Shown: positions 27,022 to 36,512 of the stretch, piece after piece
Layout: each line of letters starts with the position of its first letter
How positions within the stretch are numbered: the stretch's first letter is position 1
DNA from: Bacteroidota bacterium
GTDB taxonomy: Bacteria > Bacteroidota > Bacteroidia > Bacteroidales > FEN-979
Assembly (NCBI GenBank): GCA_026391775.1
Contig: JAPLDK010000011.1
Coordinates: forward strand, 77,066-141,065
DNA: 64,000 nucleotides
Direction: 5' to 3'
Notes under the pieces: model-generated
The model's database searches: none
The model's input: the letters and a program-made list of their open reading frames with translations, nothing else
Told to the model about the DNA's origin: nothing
Position numbers and translations under genes: made by a program

Positions 27022-30000
27022 AATAAAAAGTACTGCCTGCACCTTCTTCGCTGCTAACCCATATTTTTCCATTATTTTTCTCAATAAAGTCTTTGCTTAA
27101 TATCAGACCCAGGCCGGTTCCCATTTCATTATTTGTACCCCTGGTTACCATCCGTTTTTCAATTTTAAACAGGTTAGACAGGATGTTGGGCGACATCCCG
27201 AAACCTGTATCCTTAACTGATACAAGTATCTGACCTGTTTCCTGATGACCGACATTGATAGTAATACTTCCTCCTGGAAAAGTAAATTTAATGGCATTTG
27301 AAATAAGATTTCTGACAATAGTATTGATCATATTGCGATCGGCCATTACTAAAAGATTCTTTTCAACACTTTGTTTGATCAGAATGTCCTTACTATGTGC
27401 GGCCGATTCAAAAAGCATGATATTTTCATGAACGATATCCAGCATATCGAACTTTTCAGGTGAAAAAGGCAATAATCCCTTTTGAACTCTTGCCCAGGTC
27501 AACAAGTTTTCAAGTAAATCGATTGTCCTGGTTGCTGCAGTTTTTAGCCTCATCAACATCACCTGCCGTTCCCTGTCGGAATATTCGGAATAGTCTTTTG
27601 TAAGCAGTTCGAGCATCCCGAGAATAACATTGAATGGGCTTTTCAGGTCATGAGCAATGATTGAGAAGAAATTATCTTTAGCCTGATTGCTTTCTTTCAA
27701 CATCTGCTCGGAATGTTCAAGCTCTTTTGTACGTTCAGAGACCATTTTTTCGAGCCTGACATTATATCTGATGATCAGGACATAACGTCCGGTCAAGAAA
27801 CCGATTACTCCTAAAATAATAATTGCTGTCATCAGGAACCACCAACTGAACCAAAAGGGTTGTTTAACCTTTATTACAGATGAACAAACAGGATCACACC
27901 AGACGCCCAGTGAATTCCTGGCTTTTACACAAAAACGGTAAGTTCCGGGTTTAAGGTTATTGTACCTCACCGAATTATTCAGGTAAAAAACATCATTGGA
28001 CCAGGATGTATCCAGACCATCCAGCTTGTATTTATATACAACCAATTTTTCATCGATAAAGGAGATTGCCCTGAAATGAAAGATCAGATTGTTCATGTTG
28101 GATGGCAATCTAAGTGGAATTGCAGGATTTAGCGTGTCTTTCCCCGACTCTAAATATTGAAGACTCAACAATGGAGGTGAGACTTGCTTAGGATCAAAAT
28201 TTGTTACCGGATCATAAACTGTTAATCCATTATTGGTCCCAAACCAGAGGCGATGCCTGAAATCCATAAAGCCGGCGCTTCGATTGATCTCTTGCCCGGA
28301 AATCCCCTCAGAAGTTGAAAAATGATCCAGGGTCTTCTCATCCCAGCGATAAATGCCATGATCGGTACCAAACCATAATCTTCCAACGTTATCTTCCAGG
28401 ATAAGATAAATAGGACGGTTGATATTCGGGCTGGAAGTTCCTGATCTGACAAGCATTGTATCACTTATAAGATATAATCCAGCCGCTGTTCCCACCCATT
28501 TTCGGCTTTTTGAATCAATGAGGAAAGAAAAAACATTATTGGCAAGGTCGTTTTCGGTCGACCTGTATCTGATCACTTTGTCATTCCTGACTTCCATGAT
28601 TCCCCAACTGATTGTTGAAATAAAAATCGATTTTCCCTTTCCGGGATAAATTTTCCTGATAGCCATATAGCGGGTTTCATGCTCATGAATCTTTACAAAC
28701 CTGTCTCCGGTCAATACGTATAAGCCTGTAGTTGTACCGGCATATAATTTTCCATCTGAACTGGAAAGCACTGAAAACACGATTCCATCCAGGCCCTGCG
28801 CTGACCTGTACCAATATATTTTTCTGTTCAAATCAATCCTGGCCAGTCCTTTCGAGCTTACAGCCGCCCATAGATTTCCCTGAAAATCTTTAGCAATATC
28901 CAGGACCCTGCTTTCATAGTTTCTGTTATACGTGGTATGGTCAAGAATTAATGGACTGAAAGTTCTTCCATCATAGAAAGAAAGCACACCGTCATGTCCG
29001 AAAACATAATTACCGGGCCTGTATTCCAGACCGGAAGCTACCTCATTGCTAAAAAGTCCGTCAATATCGTAAAAACTGGCAAACTGTCTCGACTGTATCT
29101 TTGTGATTCCCCTGTAACCGCTGATCCATGTATTAAACTCACGGTCGACAAGGACCGAACTTCCACCTTCAGATATCAGGCCATTGTTTCGCTTTAAACT
29201 CTCCAGGCTCTCGCTTTCTTGATTATAGCAAAATACTTTGAACATGTTCCCAAAGTATATTCTTCCCTTTCTGTCTGGTTGTATAAAACAATGCCTGCCA
29301 TTTAGCTTTACAGGAAGCAGGAAATTTTCAGATATTAAAGTGAACTTTCCTTCGCATAGGGAAGCAAGCCAGCTTTCCCCCAGTAGATAAAGGACATTTC
29401 CTTCAACCGACATAGCGAGAATGTTTTTTGAAAGATATGGGACGCCCTTGAAGAAGTTTTTCCTGATACCATTGTTTTGCATAACTGATAATCCCTTGTC
29501 AGTTGCCACAAAAACCATCTCTTTAAATTGCAGAATACTATTTACAGTGTTACTGGGCAAACCATCGGTTGTTTGATACTGTGTCCACTGGAAGTTTTGA
29601 AATTTAAACAAACCGTCCTTTTCTGAACCTACCAAAACCACCGGTTCGGCATTCTGGTAATAGACGTTAAAAGCGGTGTAAGTCATGCTGATAATTGATT
29701 TCAGCCCCTGACGGCTGGAGATTGTCTTCCATCGTTTGCCTTCATAAGTAGATATTATAAGATCTCCGCTTTCGACCAGGGCCCATAATTTGTTTTTTGG
29801 ATCTATCTGCAGAAAGGAATAGCTTGTTGACTTCAGTCCGTCGGATACATTGTAATTTTTAAAACTAATCCCGTCATAGGATGAAACTCCTGATCGTCTT
29901 GCAATCCAGATTATTCCCGAGGAATCCTGTTTAAGATCATAGATCATGGAGTTAGCCAGGCCGTCGGCTTCTGTATAGGTTCGCACAGGATACCTCTGGG

Positions 30001-30133
30001 CAGCCACTTGTATTCCAGATAAAAGAAGCAGCATGAATATCAGGCAGAGTGACCTTAAAAGATTCTGAATAGTAAGCACTGGACCTGAAAATTCTGACAG
30101 CCTGCTCACCGTTTTCAGCGTAGAGGACTTCAT
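26993..30133 (-). CDS. Periplasmic beta-propeller (Y_Y_Y-type) sensor histidine kinase
   Basis: 1046 aa with long repeated propeller-like segments (WIGT/WFGT, GL..Y repeats) and one TM. H-box FFSIIAHDLKSPFN and HATPase motifs NAIKFT, DTGFGM and GTGLGL. No receiver or HTH domain. Confidence 0.85.
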   Translation of the reverse strand: MKSSTLKTVSRLSEFSGPVLTIQNLLRSLCLIFMLLLLSGIQVAAQRYPVRTYTEADGLANSMIYDLKQDSSGIIWIARRSGVSSYDGISFKNYNVSDGLKSTSYSFLQIDPKNKLWALVESGDLIISTYEGKRWKTISSRQGLKSIISMTYTAFNVYYQNAEPVVLVGSEKDGLFKFQNFQWTQYQTTDGLPSNTVNSILQFKEMVFVATDKGLSVMQNNGIRKNFFKGVPYLSKNILAMSVEGNVLYLLGESWLASLCEGKFTLISENFLLPVKLNGRHCFIQPDRKGRIYFGNMFKVFCYNQESESLESLKRNNGLISEGGSSVLVDREFNTWISGYRGITKIQSRQFASFYDIDGLFSNEVASGLEYRPGNYVFGHDGVLSFYDGRTFSPLILDHTTYNRNYESRVLDIAKDFQGNLWAAVSSKGLARIDLNRKIYWYRSAQGLDGIVFSVLSSSDGKLYAGTTTGLYVLTGDRFVKIHEHETRYMAIRKIYPGKGKSIFISTISWGIMEVRNDKVIRYRSTENDLANNVFSFLIDSKSRKWVGTAAGLYLISDTMLVRSGTSSPNINRPIYLILEDNVGRLWFGTDHGIYRWDEKTLDHFSTSEGISGQEINRSAGFMDFRHRLWFGTNNGLTVYDPVTNFDPKQVSPPLLSLQYLESGKDTLNPAIPLRLPSNMNNLIFHFRAISFIDEKLVVYKYKLDGLDTSWSNDVFYLNNSVRYNNLKPGTYRFCVKARNSLGVWCDPVCSSVIKVKQPFWFSWWFLMTAIIILGVIGFLTGRYVLIIRYNVRLEKMVSERTKELEHSEQMLKESNQAKDNFFSIIAHDLKSPFNVILGMLELLTKDYSEYSDRERQVMLMRLKTAATRTIDLLENLLTWARVQKGLLPFSPEKFDMLDIVHENIMLFESAAHSKDILIKQSVEKNLLVMADRNMINTIVRNLISNAIKFTFPGGSITINVGHQETGQILVSVKDTGFGMSPNILSNLFKIEKRMVTRGTNNEMGTGLGLILSKDFIEKNNGKIWVSSEEGAGSTFYFTLPLEKSS

Positions 30134-30239
30134 TTTGTAAAAATAATAAAAATATAATTTATTTATACCTGGTTATAAGCATCATTCCGATATAAATATA
30201 CATTTGTATTCGTTAATTTACATATATAGATTATATAAT

Positions 30240-31946
30240 ATGAACAATTTATTAATTATTCCCTGCCTGTTCCTGGTAACACTTTGCCCGGCACAAAATT
30301 TTTTCAGCAAGCTGCAGAAAGGCCTCACCAAATCGATGACGGTAAAAAGCGACAATCTTGCTGAAATAAAAATTGACGCGGGTATGATAGTTAATACTTA
30401 TCCGAAGTCCTTGAACCCTGACGCAGATAATATTTTTCTGCAGCTGAACAGCATCTGGCCCGAAAAACCGGGCAATCTGGTCTATATTTCGCTGATGCAG
30501 CGCACGTCTTTTAAATTTGTCGAACTCACCGGAACAGTTGAGATCGACGGACAGCCCTTGGCAAATCTTGGATCGGGGTATTACGGCAAACAGGTGCAGG
30601 AAATAAGACCTTATAATATTCATATTAAAAGTTCCAGAGGGCAGGAAATTGCTTTTATGGTAAATCCAGTGGAACCCTTTAAAATTAATGAACCGTCCAC
30701 TATAGAATTGCGCGATGGCTTTACCGTCAAACTTGAAAGCACGAATCCCGGCAACCCTTCACAGGTAAGGTTATTTTTATATTCGAAACCCTCCGTAACC
30801 CAGCATGGTTGGTCGGGGATCGACTATTTTTCCTGTATTCAGGAAATCAAAGTACCATCAATTTATTTCGTTGATGACAATAATGACTGGGCATACACCT
30901 ACCACCGTTATCTGGTAAACGGCAAATCCTGGCTGTTGGCTGAACGCTACCGCATCGACATTCCCAGGATAGACTCTTCTGCCTCAGGGCCTGTAAAGAT
31001 CGTTTCGAGATTTATGGATGTTAAGGAGATCAATGTGGAATACCCTCCCGTTTCGGCTAATTTTGCCAGGTCCGACAGGCCTGAAGATGGGGTCAGGATC
31101 AACAACCAGGGCATTGTGGTCGAACAAAAGGATAACAAGAAAAAGAATATACCAGGTTACAAATTCTTTACCTTATTCGGCAACGGCGGAGCTATTGGTA
31201 ATATTAAAAAGGCTGCTATTATATGCTTTAATGTGGATGTTTCCGAGCTTGAACAAACAAAGGAAGAACTTGCCTGGATTGATTATGAGTATGGTGTGCA
31301 CGATGGGCAACTAACCATCGATAAAGTCAAGCATTATGATGAGATTACCCATCGGTTCCCTCATTTGCCCGTCAAGGTTTGGGATGACTACACAAATAAG
31401 ATATATGGCGAGTTTACATCCCTGCTCCACCAGGACTTCGGCATTGAAGTGATCCCTGTTTCGGAAGTAAAATCGGCACTTTCATACAGAAACCTTGCCG
31501 AGTCCCAGAAAGTATACAATTATGAATCCTTTTCCACAACTTATGCTGGATTAAAAAAATACGCATCCAGGAGCCTTTCCCAAGCCTTTACAAACCTTAT
31601 TATTACCCAGGCAAACCTTATCAGCGAGTTAAAGGTGGATGCCCTGATCTTTGTTTATTATGATATTACGATGGATTTCGACTGGTCGCTGAATCCCATT
31701 CTCAGGGTTGAAATCAACGGTGCACCAACGGGTTATGAGACATATGAAACCAAAATGTTTCTGTACGGATCTGCATTAGCGCATTGTCGGCCGCTTTCCA
31801 AAACTGAGCTTGCCAACCCCGGGCCCGACATCCTGAATAATGCCATTGATGATAAAACACTTTTCTCCTCCTTTTCGGAAGCTGTTATTGAATTGAAAAA
31901 AGAAGAAGAAGCTTCAAGGTATTACGAGATTATCAGGCAAAAGTAA
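30240..31946 (+). CDS. Secreted hypothetical protein
   Basis: About 568 aa from the ATG at 30240, with a signal-like N-terminus MNNLLIIPCLFLVTLCPAQ. No recognised motif. Confidence 0.5.
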   Translation: MNNLLIIPCLFLVTLCPAQNFFSKLQKGLTKSMTVKSDNLAEIKIDAGMIVNTYPKSLNPDADNIFLQLNSIWPEKPGNLVYISLMQRTSFKFVELTGTVEIDGQPLANLGSGYYGKQVQEIRPYNIHIKSSRGQEIAFMVNPVEPFKINEPSTIELRDGFTVKLESTNPGNPSQVRLFLYSKPSVTQHGWSGIDYFSCIQEIKVPSIYFVDDNNDWAYTYHRYLVNGKSWLLAERYRIDIPRIDSSASGPVKIVSRFMDVKEINVEYPPVSANFARSDRPEDGVRINNQGIVVEQKDNKKKNIPGYKFFTLFGNGGAIGNIKKAAIICFNVDVSELEQTKEELAWIDYEYGVHDGQLTIDKVKHYDEITHRFPHLPVKVWDDYTNKIYGEFTSLLHQDFGIEVIPVSEVKSALSYRNLAESQKVYNYESFSTTYAGLKKYASRSLSQAFTNLIITQANLISELKVDALIFVYYDITMDFDWSLNPILRVEINGAPTGYETYETKMFLYGSALAHCRPLSKTELANPGPDILNNAIDDKTLFSSFSEAVIELKKEEEASRYYEIIRQK

Positions 31947-32072
31947 ATTTACCCTCTCCCAAGAACTGAACCCAATTCAGGTTTGACTTTTTTTTAACAC
32001 AGCATCATATAATTACTTAGCATCTGTATTACAGCGTGTTAAAATTATTTTTTTAAATATTTCTAATATTTC

Positions 32073-32090
32073 TTGTGATTTTATTAACAA
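32073..32090. promoter_or_regulatory. Rex operator upstream of hydrogenase set 2
   Basis: TTGTGATTTTATTAACAA: left half resembles TTGTGAA, right half is a perfect TTAACAA. It lies 47 nt upstream of the -7 motif TAATTTTG (32138-32145). Confidence 0.6.
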
Positions 32091-32221
32091 TGTGAAAAAA
32101 ATAACACCGAAAGCTTGCACAACATTTATAAAGGTTATAATTTTGCAGCCAGAAACTATGAAAAATAGTTTTAAACAGATTAACAAATTAAGCCGGATCA
32201 CTAATTTTCAACATAATACAT

Positions 32222-32611
32222 ATGACAAAACTGGAATCAAAAAAGTCTTTGATGGACCTCAGAGAGAACCTGAAGGCCAAAAATGCAGCTTTGTCACAAA
32301 AAGACAATCCTCAAAGCATCATTCAGGTCAAGGTGACAATGGCTACATGCGGGATAGCATCCGGATCACGGCCTGTTTATGAATATATGAAAGAGGAGCT
32401 TAGCAAACGGAATATTCCAGCCAGGGTAAGCCAGGTTGGTTGTATGGGTTTCTGCTATGCCGAACCCACAATCGAGATCACCATGCCGGGGAAAGGTCCT
32501 TTGATGTTTGGCTTTGTGAACACTAAGAAGGCCGACGAGATCATTGAGCGCTTTATCCGTAAAAGTGAGGCGATTGAAGGGGTGATTCCAATGAATTACG
32601 AAACAGCATAG
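32222..32611 (+). CDS. Stand-alone thioredoxin-like [2Fe-2S] ferredoxin (HydB N-terminal domain as a separate protein)
   Basis: VKVTMATCGIASGS ... VGCMGFCYAEPTIEI. The same domain is fused to the N-terminus of the set-3 NuoF-like protein. Confidence 0.8.
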   Translation: MTKLESKKSLMDLRENLKAKNAALSQKDNPQSIIQVKVTMATCGIASGSRPVYEYMKEELSKRNIPARVSQVGCMGFCYAEPTIEITMPGKGPLMFGFVNTKKADEIIERFIRKSEAIEGVIPMNYETA

Positions 32612-32613
32612 AT

Positions 32614-34074
32614 ATGGCAAGACAAATCAGGATAGCATTACGTAACTGTGGCGTCATAGACCCTGAGCGGATCGAAGATTATATTGCCCGTGACGGTTAT
32701 ATGGCACTTGCCAAAGTTTTGACCGAGCTTTCACCTGAAGCCGTTATTGAGATTATAAAGAAGTCGGGCCTGCGAGGCCGCGGTGGCGGAGGGTTCCCTG
32801 CCGGCATGAAATGGGAGATCACACGGAAAGTTCAGGCCGACCAGAAATATGTAGTTTGCAATGCCGACGAAGGCGACCCGGGTGCATTTATGGACCGTTC
32901 CATTCTCGAAGGTGACCCCCACGCAGTGCTTGAAGCAATGACCATAAACGGTTACTGCACAGGCGCTTCCAAAGGGCTGATCTATATTCGCGCTGAATAC
33001 CCTCTGGCTGTTGAAAGGTTGAAAACCGCTATGAGCCAGTCACGGGAGACGGGGTTACTCGGAAACGATATCCTTGGAACAGGATTTAACTTTGATATTG
33101 ACATCCGATATGGAGCAGGAGCCTTTGTTTGCGGAGAGGAAACCGCCCTGATCCATTCCATGGAGGGACTTCGCGGTGAACCAACCGTAAAACCCCCCTT
33201 CCCTTCGGTTGAAGGTTATCTTAAAAAACCCACTAACGTAAATAATGTTGAAACTTTTGCCAATGTACCGGTCATTATAAATAAAGGATGGGAATGGTTT
33301 TCCTCCATTGGCACTGAGAGATCAAAAGGCACAAAAGTTTTTGCACTTGCAGGAAAAATCAATAATGTAGGACTTGTTGAAGTACCCATGGGAACAACCC
33401 TTCGCGAAGTTATTTATGAAATCGGCGGAGGCATACAGGGAGGAAAGGAATTTAAGGCAGCACAGACTGGCGGACCCTCGGGTGGTTGCCTTACAAAAAA
33501 ACATCTTGATACGCCTATTGATTACGATAACCTGATAGCTGCAGGATCCATGATGGGATCGGGCGGATTGATCGTAATGGACGAGGATGACTGCATGGTT
33601 GCCATAGCCAAGTTTTATCTTGGCTTTACTGTTGAAGAATCCTGCGGAAAATGTTCTCCCTGCCGCATAGGGAACAAGCGTTTGTTCGAACTTCTTGAAA
33701 AGATCACCCAGGGCAACGGCACGATGGAAGATATAGACAAGCTGCGAAACCTGAGTACTGTGATTAAAGACACTTCGCTCTGCGGGCTGGGACAGTCCTC
33801 CCCCAACCCCGTACTCTCAACCATTGAAAATTTCATGGAAGAGTACCATGAGCATGTGAAAGATAAAAAATGCCGCTCCAAAGTGTGCAAATCACTTATG
33901 CAATATCTGGTCGTACCAGAAAAATGCATAGGATGTACCCTTTGTGCACGTAACTGTCCGGTGAACGCCATCAGCGGTGAACGCAAACAGGCCCATCTGA
34001 TCGATCAGGAAAAGTGCATCAAATGCGGCGCCTGCATGGAAAAGTGCAAATTCAACGCTATCATCATCAATTAA
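32614..34074 (+). CDS. hydB: NuoF/HydB-like FMN/NAD(H) subunit with C-terminal 2x[4Fe-4S] domain (set 2)
   Basis: GLRGRGGGGFPAGMKWE, GAGAFVCGEETALIHSMEG, ESCGKCSPCR, CGLGQ, then CIGCTLCARNCP and CIKCGACMEKC. Confidence 0.92.
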   Translation: MARQIRIALRNCGVIDPERIEDYIARDGYMALAKVLTELSPEAVIEIIKKSGLRGRGGGGFPAGMKWEITRKVQADQKYVVCNADEGDPGAFMDRSILEGDPHAVLEAMTINGYCTGASKGLIYIRAEYPLAVERLKTAMSQSRETGLLGNDILGTGFNFDIDIRYGAGAFVCGEETALIHSMEGLRGEPTVKPPFPSVEGYLKKPTNVNNVETFANVPVIINKGWEWFSSIGTERSKGTKVFALAGKINNVGLVEVPMGTTLREVIYEIGGGIQGGKEFKAAQTGGPSGGCLTKKHLDTPIDYDNLIAAGSMMGSGGLIVMDEDDCMVAIAKFYLGFTVEESCGKCSPCRIGNKRLFELLEKITQGNGTMEDIDKLRNLSTVIKDTSLCGLGQSSPNPVLSTIENFMEEYHEHVKDKKCRSKVCKSLMQYLVVPEKCIGCTLCARNCPVNAISGERKQAHLIDQEKCIKCGACMEKCKFNAIIIN

Positions 34075-34089
34075 GGAAAAAGGAACGTT

Positions 34090-35862
34090 ATGAATAGGAT
34101 TAAGCTTATCATTGACGGAAAGACGACAGAGGTTCCTGAAAATACCACGCTTTTAAAGGCAGCCAAGACCGTTGGCATCGATATACCTACTCTCTGCTAC
34201 TTCGAACTGAAGGACATGAACATTGAAAACCGTCCTGGTGGATGCCGCGTTTGTGTGGTTGAAGTCAAGGGAAGACGGAATCTCGCACCAGCCTGCAATA
34301 CAATGGTGGCAGAGGGTATGGAAGTTTACACACATAACATCAGGGTATTGAATGCACGCAGAACCGTTCTGGAGCTCATACTATCAGATCATCCTGCTGA
34401 ATGTCTTACCTGTGCCAAATCGGGAAGCTGTGAGCTCCAGAGCATGGCACAGCAACTTGGCGTGAGGGAGATACCCTACCAGGGTGAGCAGTCGAAGTAC
34501 CGCAAGGATACTTCGCCTGCAATCATCCGGGATGTGGATAAATGTATCATGTGCCGGCGGTGTGAAATGATGTGTAACGACGTTCAGACGGTGGGCGCGC
34601 TGAGCGCCGTCAACAGAGGCTTCATGGCAGTGGTGGCCCCGGCATTCGAAATGAATCTCGAGAAATCTCCCTGCACTTACTGTGGACAATGTGTATCTGT
34701 TTGCCCCACCGGTGCCCTGACCGAAGTAGACCACTCGCGCAACGTAATTAATGCACTCGCAGACCCTACCAAGACTGTTGTTGTTCAGACAGCGCCTGCC
34801 GTCAGAGCTGCTTTAGGAGAAGAATTTGGCCTAGCGCCAGGCACCCTTGTAACGGGTAAGATGGTCGCCGCACTACGACGACTTGGATTTGACTATGTAT
34901 TCGATACTGACTTCGCCGCTGACCTTACGATCATGGAAGAAGGCACTGAACTACTCGACCGTCTTACCCGTTACCTCAAGGGTGACAAGGATGTGAAACT
35001 TCCTATCCTCACCTCCTGTTGCCCCGGCTGGGTCAACTTCTTCGAACATCATTTCCCCGAAATGCGCGATATTCCTTCAACGGCAAAATCGCCCCAGCAG
35101 ATGTTCGGGCCCATTGCCAAAGAATATTTTGCCAAAAAACTCGGAATCGACCGCCGAAATATGATCGTGGTCTCCATTATGCCCTGCCTTGCCAAGAAAT
35201 ACGAATGCCAGCGCGACGAATTCAAGGTGAACGGCGATCCGGATGTGAATTTTTCACTTTCGACACGCGAACTTGCCCATCTTATCAAAGCTTCAAATAT
35301 TGACTTTAATTCACTGTCTGCGGATGACTTTGATAACCCTCTCGGAGAGTCTACCGGCGCCGCCGTTATTTTCGGCGCAACCGGCGGAGTGATCGAGGCT
35401 GCGTGCCGTACAGCATATGAATTGTATACAGGTAAAAAACTGCTAAAAGTTGATTTTACTGAACTTCGTGGCCTTGAAAACGTCAGGAAAGCCACCCTGG
35501 ACTTTGACGGACTTCCTATCAATATTGGTATCGCCCATGGACTTGGAAATGCCCGCAAATTACTTGAAGATATCCGCGATGGCAAGAGCCAGTTCCACGC
35601 CATTGAGATCATGGCGTGCCCCGGCGGATGCATAGGAGGTGGAGGACAGCCCTTCCATCACGGCGATTCGGAAATTATCAAGCAGAGAGCTTCGGCAATT
35701 TACCGCGAAGATGCCGGAAAGCCTATCAGGAAGTCTCATGAAAACCCATTCATACTTGAATTGTATAAAGACTTTTTGGGAAAACCCTGCGGGGAAAAAT
35801 CATACAACCTGCTGCATACTCATTACTTTGATAAGAGTGCAGGGGTGTTTGTGGAAGAATGA
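34090..35862 (+). CDS. hydA: [FeFe] hydrogenase catalytic subunit HydA (set 2), canonical motifs
   Basis: M3 FeS domains plus TSCCPGW, MPCLAKKYE and EIMACPGGCIGGGGQP. Confidence 0.94.
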   Translation: MNRIKLIIDGKTTEVPENTTLLKAAKTVGIDIPTLCYFELKDMNIENRPGGCRVCVVEVKGRRNLAPACNTMVAEGMEVYTHNIRVLNARRTVLELILSDHPAECLTCAKSGSCELQSMAQQLGVREIPYQGEQSKYRKDTSPAIIRDVDKCIMCRRCEMMCNDVQTVGALSAVNRGFMAVVAPAFEMNLEKSPCTYCGQCVSVCPTGALTEVDHSRNVINALADPTKTVVVQTAPAVRAALGEEFGLAPGTLVTGKMVAALRRLGFDYVFDTDFAADLTIMEEGTELLDRLTRYLKGDKDVKLPILTSCCPGWVNFFEHHFPEMRDIPSTAKSPQQMFGPIAKEYFAKKLGIDRRNMIVVSIMPCLAKKYECQRDEFKVNGDPDVNFSLSTRELAHLIKASNIDFNSLSADDFDNPLGESTGAAVIFGATGGVIEAACRTAYELYTGKKLLKVDFTELRGLENVRKATLDFDGLPINIGIAHGLGNARKLLEDIRDGKSQFHAIEIMACPGGCIGGGGQPFHHGDSEIIKQRASAIYREDAGKPIRKSHENPFILELYKDFLGKPCGEKSYNLLHTHYFDKSAGVFVEE

Positions 35863-35934
35863 TAAACAGTTACTAGGAACTGGGTACTAGGCAACTAGTA
35901 AACCCAAAACCCAGAGCCCAGAAACCAGAAAATT

Positions 35935-36414
35935 ATGGCGAAAATAAAATTATCGGAGAAGAAGATCCAGGAGCTGAAAGATGTTTGCAAAACTTTCCAT
36001 AACGATAAGGGCGAACTGATTAACATACTTCATAAGGCTCAGAGTTTGTTCGGTTATCTTCCAGCTGAGCTGCAGGAAGTAATAGCAAAGGAGCTCAATG
36101 TTTCCGTTGCCCATGTTTACGGTGTGGTCACTTTTTATTCTTTCTTCACCATGCAGCCTAAGGGCAAGCATCCTGTTTCTATCTGTCTTGGAACCGCTTG
36201 CTATGTGCGTGGTTCCGAAAAAGTACTCGAGGAATTCAAACGACAATTAAACATACAGGTTGGCCAGACCACTGCCGACGGCAAGTTTTCCCTCAGCTGT
36301 CTCAGGTGTGTTGGCGCTTGTGGACTGGCTCCGGTTGTACTTGTAGGTGAAAAAGTATATGGACGTGTGGCCCCAGATGGCGTATCCGACATCATCGCGG
36401 AATACAATATTTAA
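35935..36414 (+). CDS. hydC: NuoE/HydC-like [2Fe-2S] subunit (set 2)
   Basis: CLGTACYVRGS ... CLRCVGACGLAPVVLV. Confidence 0.9.
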   Translation: MAKIKLSEKKIQELKDVCKTFHNDKGELINILHKAQSLFGYLPAELQEVIAKELNVSVAHVYGVVTFYSFFTMQPKGKHPVSICLGTACYVRGSEKVLEEFKRQLNIQVGQTTADGKFSLSCLRCVGACGLAPVVLVGEKVYGRVAPDGVSDIIAEYNI

Positions 36415-36445
36415 GATTGGTTTTTTGGTTAATACTTGATGTGAG

Positions 36446-36480
36446 GCCCGCAGTAGATTGATAACTGCGGGCTTTCCCTT
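36446..36480. terminator. Rho-independent terminator between convergent genes
   Basis: Stem GCCCGCAGT / ACTGCGGGC with a 9-nt loop, followed by TTTCCCTTT. Confidence 0.7.
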
Positions 36481-36512
36481 TCCAGGCAGGGATTTTAAAA
36501 GTCCCTGTTTTG

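Noticed and set aside
32092-32382. 96-aa ORF overlapping the set-2 promoter, leader and the start of the Trx-like ferredoxin gene
   Set aside because: It starts inside the AT-rich promoter region immediately after the Rex box and runs out of frame through a gene with clear 2Fe-2S motifs. Its translation has no features.
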